From Candidatus Altimarinota bacterium (lineage in GTDB: Bacteria; Patescibacteriota; Gracilibacteria; CAIRYL01), in the NCBI GenBank assembly GCA_965250085.1, contig OZ252287.1, positions 672,001 through 736,000 of the forward strand: a stretch of DNA of 64,000 nt, written 5' to 3'. Both the position numbers and the translations under genes were made by a program. This document shows, one piece after another, positions 58,073 through 64,000 of the stretch (its first letter is position 1; each line of letters opens with the position of its first letter). The notes beneath the pieces were generated by a model. That model worked only from the letters and a program-made list of their open reading frames with translations, was not told the DNA's origin and made no database searches.

Positions 58073-58987
58073 TTACGCGACAAAACGTTTTGGTACTGCA
58101 GTTAATTTCTCCTCACCCCATTCTCCGCCAGCAAACTCTAAAAGGGCAAGCGCCTTTTGCTCAACGTCCACGACAACTGCAGTAGGCTTATGAGCACGAC
58201 TTAAAAAACTGCCACAGTCAGCAATTATTTTTCCATCTTCCAAATGTAAATATGGAGAATGATGGTGTCCACGAATCAGTGCCCAGGAATCGGTAGATTC
58301 GAGAAGTCTATGAGAATCTTCCAAAGCAGGGTGCTTGCTTCTTCCTCGTTCATGTCTTGTGAGCTGTGCAGGAACAATTCTTTTTTGCACAACAGCATCT
58401 ACAAGATCCATCCTTGCAAGAGAAACTCTTGGTGCGGTGCGATGGAGTAATCTCCAGATGGCATCCCATGATCGAAGATTTCTCTCAGTTTTTTGTAAAA
58501 CTCTTTGAATTTGTGGATCTTCAGAGAGAGATCTATTGAGTGCTGTTATATCACTTTCATTTTTCCTCAGAAGCTCTCGAAATCGCCTGAGTCCGAGAAA
58601 GTGTCCATGAGTAACAACCGTGCTTTCTTTTTCTGAAGAATAAATAGCTGGTAAACGAGTATAAGGAATTTCTGAGATATACTGATCGAGCTCATCTGCA
58701 AGATATGGATCATGATTCCCTTCCAAAAACTCAGGAACAAATTGCGTTTGATAATAATATCGCACCAGTTCTCTGCGAAAAGAATCTGATTCTTCCTCTG
58801 TATGGAGACATCCGAACATGGTACTGGTTTGCTCAAAGGTATCTCCTACAAATCTCAACTGCGCTCTGACATTAATTGCCATATCGACAAGAGCTTGAAA
58901 CGCCCTTTTAAATCGCTCGTGTACACCTCTATTGATTTGATCCCCCAGATGAAGATCGGAAATATGGATTATATTTTCTGTTCTCAT
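58073..58987 (-). CDS. Calcineurin-like metallophosphoesterase (LpxH-like fold)
   Basis: SDLHLG, VGD, GNHD, HGH and GHHH motifs. Confidence 0.85.
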   Translation of the reverse strand: MRTENIIHISDLHLGDQINRGVHERFKRAFQALVDMAINVRAQLRFVGDTFEQTSTMFGCLHTEEESDSFRRELVRYYYQTQFVPEFLEGNHDPYLADELDQYISEIPYTRLPAIYSSEKESTVVTHGHFLGLRRFRELLRKNESDITALNRSLSEDPQIQRVLQKTERNLRSWDAIWRLLHRTAPRVSLARMDLVDAVVQKRIVPAQLTRHERGRSKHPALEDSHRLLESTDSWALIRGHHHSPYLHLEDGKIIADCGSFLSRAHKPTAVVVDVEQKALALLEFAGGEWGEEKLTAVPKRFVA

Positions 58988-58989
58988 AA

Positions 58990-60735
58990 CTACAGTTTTT
59001 TGATTTGGATACAGAGTTCTTTCATTTGTTCTTCTGGCATTGGTCCGGGGGCACCGAGCATAAGGTCTTGGGCTTGTTGGTTTTTGGGGAAGGCAATTAC
59101 TTCACGAATATTTGGCTCTCCGGCAAAAAGCATGACCACTCTGTCAAGACCCATCGCACATCCTCCATGTGGTGGTGCTCCATACTCAAAAGCGCTCAGC
59201 ATGTGTCCAAATCTCGCTTCAGCATCTTTTTTAGAAATTTTGAGAATATCAAATATTTCTGCCTGCAAATCTGATTCATGAATTCTCAGTGATCCTCCTC
59301 CGAGTTCAACTCCATTCATGATGACGTCATACGCATGTGCTCTTGCCTTGAATGGGTCAGTTTTGAGGAGCTCGACATCCTCTTCGAGAGGGCGAGTAAA
59401 TGGATGATGTACCGCTCCCACTGCCCCCTCGGAGTTTTGTTCAAACATCGGAAAGTCATGCACCCAGAGATAAGAAAATTCATCCGGATTTTTGAGACCA
59501 AATATATTTCCCAACTCTGATCGCACTGCTCCCAGCGGTTCAAGTGCTGTAGCAAAACTCCCTGCTCCAAAGAGAATTACATCTCCATTCGCAGATTTTG
59601 TTTTTTTGACAAGTTCTTCGATAAATTTTTTGTCTGCAAATTTTGCCACTGGACCAGAGTCTTCTCCCACTCGATACCAAGCAAGTCCTCCTGCGCCATG
59701 TTTTTTGGCAAGATCAGTAAGGTCATCAATATTCTTGCGGGTAAGCTCACCAGTCTTCTGCGCTATTGGAAGTGCAAATACATATTCAGAGTTTTCAAAC
59801 ACTCCAAATCCACATTTTCTTGAGTCTTTAGTGATATCTACAAGCTTTAAGCCGAATCTCAGGTCCGGCTTATCCGATCCATACGTAGTTATTGCTTCAT
59901 GATATGTCAAACGAGGAAATTTTTTAGGGTATTGTTTCTCAGGAGCAAACTTTTGAGTAAGCTCGATAAAGCATCTTTCGATAATATCCATAATATCCTC
60001 TTCGGTAGCAAAACTCATCTCTAATTCAAACTGTGTAAATTCTGGCTGTCGATCTCCCCGTTGGTCTTCATCGCGAAAACACCTCGCTACTTGAAAATAT
60101 TTATCAATTCCTCCCACCATCAGCAATTGCTTGAGCTGTTGTGGTGATTGAGGAAGCACATAAAACTCTCCTGGATACAATCGACTCGGAACCAGATATT
60201 CTCGAGATCCCTCTGGAGTCCCCTTAATCATGATAGGAGTCTCTATATCAATGAATCCTTCGTCATAGAAAAAATCTCGGATCATCTTTACCATCTCCGC
60301 TCGAAGAATGATGTTGTTTTTAACTCGTTCACGACGAATGTCTAAATATCGATACTTGAGACGCAGTTCTTCTCCCACATCCTTGTCCTGATCTATCTCA
60401 AAGGGAGGCGTCTTGGATGTATTTAAAATTTCAAGTGAATGGACCTCAACTTCTATCTCACCTGTTTTCATACTTGCATTCGCTTGGTTTTTGGGTCGTG
60501 GTCGGACCTTTCCTACAATTTGAAGGACAAATTCCGGACGTATCTGCTCTGCTAAATGAAAATCTTCAGATGCAATATTGGGGTCAAATACAATTTGAGT
60601 AAGTCCATATCTATCTCTGAGATCAGCAAAAATGATACCTCCGTGGTCACGCCGTCTATGTACCCAGCCACAGAGAGTGACTTCATTTTTGTCATTTTTT
60701 TTGGTTAACTCCGCACATGTATGGGTTCTGAGCAT
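58990..60735 (-). CDS. aspS: Aspartate--tRNA ligase
   Basis: RTHTC, LPQSPQ..KQLLM, ARCFRDED.RGDRQPEF and GAPPHGG motifs. Confidence 0.98.
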   Translation of the reverse strand: MLRTHTCAELTKKNDKNEVTLCGWVHRRRDHGGIIFADLRDRYGLTQIVFDPNIASEDFHLAEQIRPEFVLQIVGKVRPRPKNQANASMKTGEIEVEVHSLEILNTSKTPPFEIDQDKDVGEELRLKYRYLDIRRERVKNNIILRAEMVKMIRDFFYDEGFIDIETPIMIKGTPEGSREYLVPSRLYPGEFYVLPQSPQQLKQLLMVGGIDKYFQVARCFRDEDQRGDRQPEFTQFELEMSFATEEDIMDIIERCFIELTQKFAPEKQYPKKFPRLTYHEAITTYGSDKPDLRFGLKLVDITKDSRKCGFGVFENSEYVFALPIAQKTGELTRKNIDDLTDLAKKHGAGGLAWYRVGEDSGPVAKFADKKFIEELVKKTKSANGDVILFGAGSFATALEPLGAVRSELGNIFGLKNPDEFSYLWVHDFPMFEQNSEGAVGAVHHPFTRPLEEDVELLKTDPFKARAHAYDVIMNGVELGGGSLRIHESDLQAEIFDILKISKKDAEARFGHMLSAFEYGAPPHGGCAMGLDRVVMLFAGEPNIREVIAFPKNQQAQDLMLGAPGPMPEEQMKELCIQIKKL

Positions 60736-60786
60736 GGTGTTTAGGATGCAGGTAAATTGTTACAGTTGAGCAAGTGAAAGGCAATT

Positions 60787-61749
60787 TTATTTGTTATTGT
60801 TTGCTTGCAAAAATCGCACAAAAAAATCTTCAAGACGTTCTTTTTCGGCAAAAATATCTTTGATTTCAATATTGTTCTGAAAGCATTTTTGCAAAAATTC
60901 AGAGAGAGTATTTTTAGTATCAAAGTGAAAGTGATATGCGTTCGCATCTTTTTGCCCCATGTGTTCCATCTTGTCGTAGTCGGAGCATTTTTCTCCATTA
61001 AATTGTGTGAGGAGATCTGAAGAAATTTGTACAGACTTTGGAAATCGAACGAGATAGTACTTTGCGGTGAGTCGATTCATGATTTTTTCTTTGTTTTCAT
61101 CGAGTATAATTTTTCCGTTATGGATGATAGCAATGCGATCACAAAGTGCTTCGGCTTCTTCTAAATAGTGAGTGGTCAGAAGAATGGTTACCCCTTTTTT
61201 GTTGAGCCTCTGAGTAAATTCCCATATTTTGCGACGAAGCTCGACATCCACTCCGGCTGTAGGTTCATCAAGAATAAGAATCTTTGGGTTATGAAGAAGC
61301 GCTCTCACGATCAGAAGCCTCCTTTTCATTCCTCCAGAAAGAGCAACAATTGGTGCTTTTTTTTTGTGTTTTAGCTCCATAATGTCCAGGAGTTCATCTA
61401 TCTTTTTGTAGGCCCTATTTCGTGGAATGCCAAAATACGAAGCAACGATGAGTAAGGATTTTTCTACTGTTTGAAAGGTGTCAAAATTAAACTCTTGTGG
61501 CACTACTCCCACTATTTGTCGTGACCGTTTGTAGTCTTTTGTGGTTTCATGTCCAAATATCTTTGCTTCTCCACTTGTCTTCATAACGAGTCCGGTGAGA
61601 ATGCCGATCGTAGTTGATTTTCCAGCTCCATTGGGACCCAGAAGTCCGAAAAAGCTTCCTTCTGGAACTTGCAAATTTATCGAATCAAGCGCCGTAACGG
61701 TTTTATATTTTTTGGAGAGATTTGTGATAGAAAGTGCGTTTGTTGTCAT
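60787..61749 (-). CDS. ABC transporter ATP-binding protein (YadG/CcmA-like)
   Basis: GPNGAGKST, LSGGMKRR, ILDEPTAGVD and LTTHYLEEAE motifs. Confidence 0.93.
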   Translation of the reverse strand: MTTNALSITNLSKKYKTVTALDSINLQVPEGSFFGLLGPNGAGKSTTIGILTGLVMKTSGEAKIFGHETTKDYKRSRQIVGVVPQEFNFDTFQTVEKSLLIVASYFGIPRNRAYKKIDELLDIMELKHKKKAPIVALSGGMKRRLLIVRALLHNPKILILDEPTAGVDVELRRKIWEFTQRLNKKGVTILLTTHYLEEAEALCDRIAIIHNGKIILDENKEKIMNRLTAKYYLVRFPKSVQISSDLLTQFNGEKCSDYDKMEHMGQKDANAYHFHFDTKNTLSEFLQKCFQNNIEIKDIFAEKERLEDFFVRFLQANNNK

Positions 61750-61878
61750 GTGATACGAATGGGGAGCTGATACATTGTGATCGTTTTTGCTGATGTTGAA
61801 AAGGGTTTTCTGTGCTCTGATTTATTTCTTTTCTTGTCTATTTCTGCTATATATAGACACAAAAGAAACCAAAAAAAT

Positions 61879-63510
61879 ATGCTTGTTCCTGGGTTTTTGC
61901 AAAAAACAACGATTCGCACAAAACGCATTCTGATGTACTACCTGGCAGCAATGAATTTTATGTTTGTGTACACGATTCTTGCATATTCTATTGCTGTATT
62001 TTTGAAAGATCGATTTCCAGATACTCCTAATGCTATTTTTCTTGTAGGTCTTATTTTGGGGACAGCAAGCTTTTTTGCTCTTTTTGTGGATGTCTTTTGG
62101 GCATACCTCCAGAGAATCAAAGCTGCTCGATTACTCTTTCTATGGGCTCTGTGTGGACTTGCTTTTACTGTTTCTATTTTTTTGTTTTCCCAGTTTGATG
62201 TTGAAGTCTTTCAGCCCTTCAAGTGGGCGCTCTTTACTGTGGTAGCGGCGTTTTCATATGGATGGAGTTATGATTTGTATGAAGTAACGATGACAACATA
62301 TATCCTCAAGAGATCTCCAAAGGAAGAATTTGCGCAAAACATCTCTCAAAAAAAAGTATCTGAAGCAATTGGAATGCTCGGAGGATTGATCGTAGGAGGC
62401 ATTGCCCTTTCTTTCGGCTCTCAGGTCGCACAGACATTTCTTCTTTTCTTTCTTTTTGCAGTCTTTCTTTTTGTAAAACATCATTTTGATCAAGAGGAGG
62501 ATGAAGTGCCTCTTCAGTTCTCAGAAACCTCACTGGTAAATTGGAAAGAAGTATTTGCTCTTATTGCTCATCCAGACAGAGTAGCAACAGCTGTTGGAAG
62601 TGCTAAGGATTCTGTGCGTGAGGGGGTTCTCAAACTTTCTCATGAAACAGCTGAAGCAGTGAAGAATCTACCAGAACAAGCAAAACACACCGCAGATGAA
62701 GTATTGGACACCGCTAGAAAAAAGTTGATTGATCTCTTGATGAAAGAAGAAGAGATGCAACAACGAAAAGATGAGAAGCCTCAATTTGAATTTAAAAAAA
62801 TGATGAATGAGGTATGGGTTCTTTTTTCAGAATTTACCCATATTTTTTCGCGTAATACGCCATTTGCCATCTTTTGGGTCATGGCTATTGTGATGTTCTT
62901 CTCCTTTTGGGATACGATGGCTATAACATTTCAGCCATTGTTTCTTGCTCGATTTGCTGATCAACTCGGTCCAGGAGGAAAAGCTTTGGGAGGAATGATT
63001 ATGGGTCTTTTTATTTTGCCTGTTTTTGCTCTGCAAATTCCATTTGCTAAAATGGCAGATAAGCGTGGAAGATATGTAATGATTTTGTTGGGAATTGCTA
63101 TTTCTGGTGTTTCTCTTTTGATGCTAGGTCTTATTGACAGTGTCTTTGGAGGAAGGATTGTGATTTTGATTTTTGCCGGCATGCTCAATAGTGTTGGATA
63201 TGCTGCTGCTTTCTCCCCAGCTCAAGCGATGTTTGTAGCTCAACATCAAAAGTATATCTATGAAAAAACAGGGAAAAAACTCGATAATGAAGCTGGAGCC
63301 GCGCCATTGAGACTGGTTCTCAATATTGGAAATATTTTTGGACAAATGGCTGGTGGATTTATTTTTGCGTTTTTAGGATTCACCAGCGGATTCCTCATCT
63401 TTGGAGTCTTGTTGCTCACGATAGCACTTTTTACTCTTCCCTTTCTGGGAAAGTTAAAGAAATCAAAAACTTCTCTCCCTGAAGTGCAATCTTTTGATGA
63501 GAATATTTGA
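61879..63510 (+). CDS. MFS transporter with a long central helical insertion
   Basis: Two 6-TM halves, motif A-like KMADKRGR, and a ~120-aa charged central loop. Confidence 0.8.
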   Translation: MLVPGFLQKTTIRTKRILMYYLAAMNFMFVYTILAYSIAVFLKDRFPDTPNAIFLVGLILGTASFFALFVDVFWAYLQRIKAARLLFLWALCGLAFTVSIFLFSQFDVEVFQPFKWALFTVVAAFSYGWSYDLYEVTMTTYILKRSPKEEFAQNISQKKVSEAIGMLGGLIVGGIALSFGSQVAQTFLLFFLFAVFLFVKHHFDQEEDEVPLQFSETSLVNWKEVFALIAHPDRVATAVGSAKDSVREGVLKLSHETAEAVKNLPEQAKHTADEVLDTARKKLIDLLMKEEEMQQRKDEKPQFEFKKMMNEVWVLFSEFTHIFSRNTPFAIFWVMAIVMFFSFWDTMAITFQPLFLARFADQLGPGGKALGGMIMGLFILPVFALQIPFAKMADKRGRYVMILLGIAISGVSLLMLGLIDSVFGGRIVILIFAGMLNSVGYAAAFSPAQAMFVAQHQKYIYEKTGKKLDNEAGAAPLRLVLNIGNIFGQMAGGFIFAFLGFTSGFLIFGVLLLTIALFTLPFLGKLKKSKTSLPEVQSFDENI

Positions 63511-63583
63511 GACGCAGAGTCAAGAGGACATTTTTGACAAATATTTTTCATATTCTAAGATAAAAAAGTTATCAGAGAGAAAT

Positions 63584-64000
63584 ATGAGTCTTGCGCTTCC
63601 TCGTCACGAGCACCCGGAATCATTGAATGAGAGTCCAGATAACCTGGGAAATGTACCTTTTTGCAAAAGCGTTGCAGATTTTCAGAGGACAGAAACCAAA
63701 ATTGCTATCGGCAGATTGTTTGGTGGTTTTTTGGAAGACCGCAATGCTCATGTGGGCAAACTTCTTTCTGATGCAAATTTACAAGAAGCATTTCTCGATG
63801 ATGCAAGAAATAGAAGGATAATACACGAAATTGGAGTATTCCAAGCAAGGGAACAGTACCAAAAGAACCACCCCTTTTTATATGCCCTGCATGGAATTGT
63901 CCATAACCTCAATTTCTTCTTTTCCCGTAAACCTGAAAAAGATATCTCTGGTCATATCAAGGATATTCGCTTGCAAAAACTCGGCTCACTTATTATGCAA
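63584..64000 (+). CDS. Hypothetical protein (3'-truncated)
   Basis: ATG 63584 (MSLALPRHEHPES...) with the frame open to the window end. Confidence 0.6.
   Translation, partial: MSLALPRHEHPESLNESPDNLGNVPFCKSVADFQRTETKIAIGRLFGGFLEDRNAHVGKLLSDANLQEAFLDDARNRRIIHEIGVFQAREQYQKNHPFLYALHGIVHNLNFFFSRKPEKDISGHIKDIRLQKLGSLIMQ

Noticed and set aside
1556-63821. Many 60-170 aa ORFs antisense or out of frame to the large genes
   Set aside because: They are shadow ORFs of well-supported genes with no independent evidence.
1-64000. Genetic code 25 (UGA=Gly) as in Gracilibacteria/Absconditabacteria
   Set aside because: Conserved genes are full length under code 11, and TGA ends mutY, relA and miaB at plausible C-termini.
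1-64000. CRISPR array, prophage, rRNA, or introns/inteins in rpoB, rpoC and ileS
   Set aside because: No regularly spaced repeats, phage hallmark genes, rRNA motifs or splicing motifs were seen.

Overview
A 64-kb window of an AT-rich bacterial chromosome, most likely Patescibacteria/CPR (Peregrinibacteria-like). That assignment is inferred from the standard genetic code, pyrimidine-rich leaders without Shine-Dalgarno sites, alpha2-type GlyRS, IleRS2 with a phosphatase insertion, SLH proteins and a type IV pilin. Core genes: tmRNA, ileS with a T-box leader, mutY-mutT fusion, tRNA-Val(GAC), glyS, ribE, nusA, rplO-secY-adk, relA, rpoB-ssb-rpoC, rpsL-rpsG, infC-rpmI-rplT, comEC, iscS, ruvB, miaB, aspS. 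Accessory content: a lytic transglycosylase / peptidoglycan-binding / giant ORFan cluster, an SLH-fused sortase with a nearby Ig/FN3 candidate substrate, one IS1595 element, and many short palindromic and heptamer repeats (some nested, some in frame inside ileS). Most notable: a T-box with an ultrashort Stem I and a terminator, the SLH-sortase plus YPATG substrate, a putative reductase/dehydratase fusion, a RelA lacking its HD motif, ssb between rpoB and rpoC, and a mutY that needs a non-AUG start. No CRISPR array or rRNA was seen. Family assignments come from recalled motifs, not database searches.
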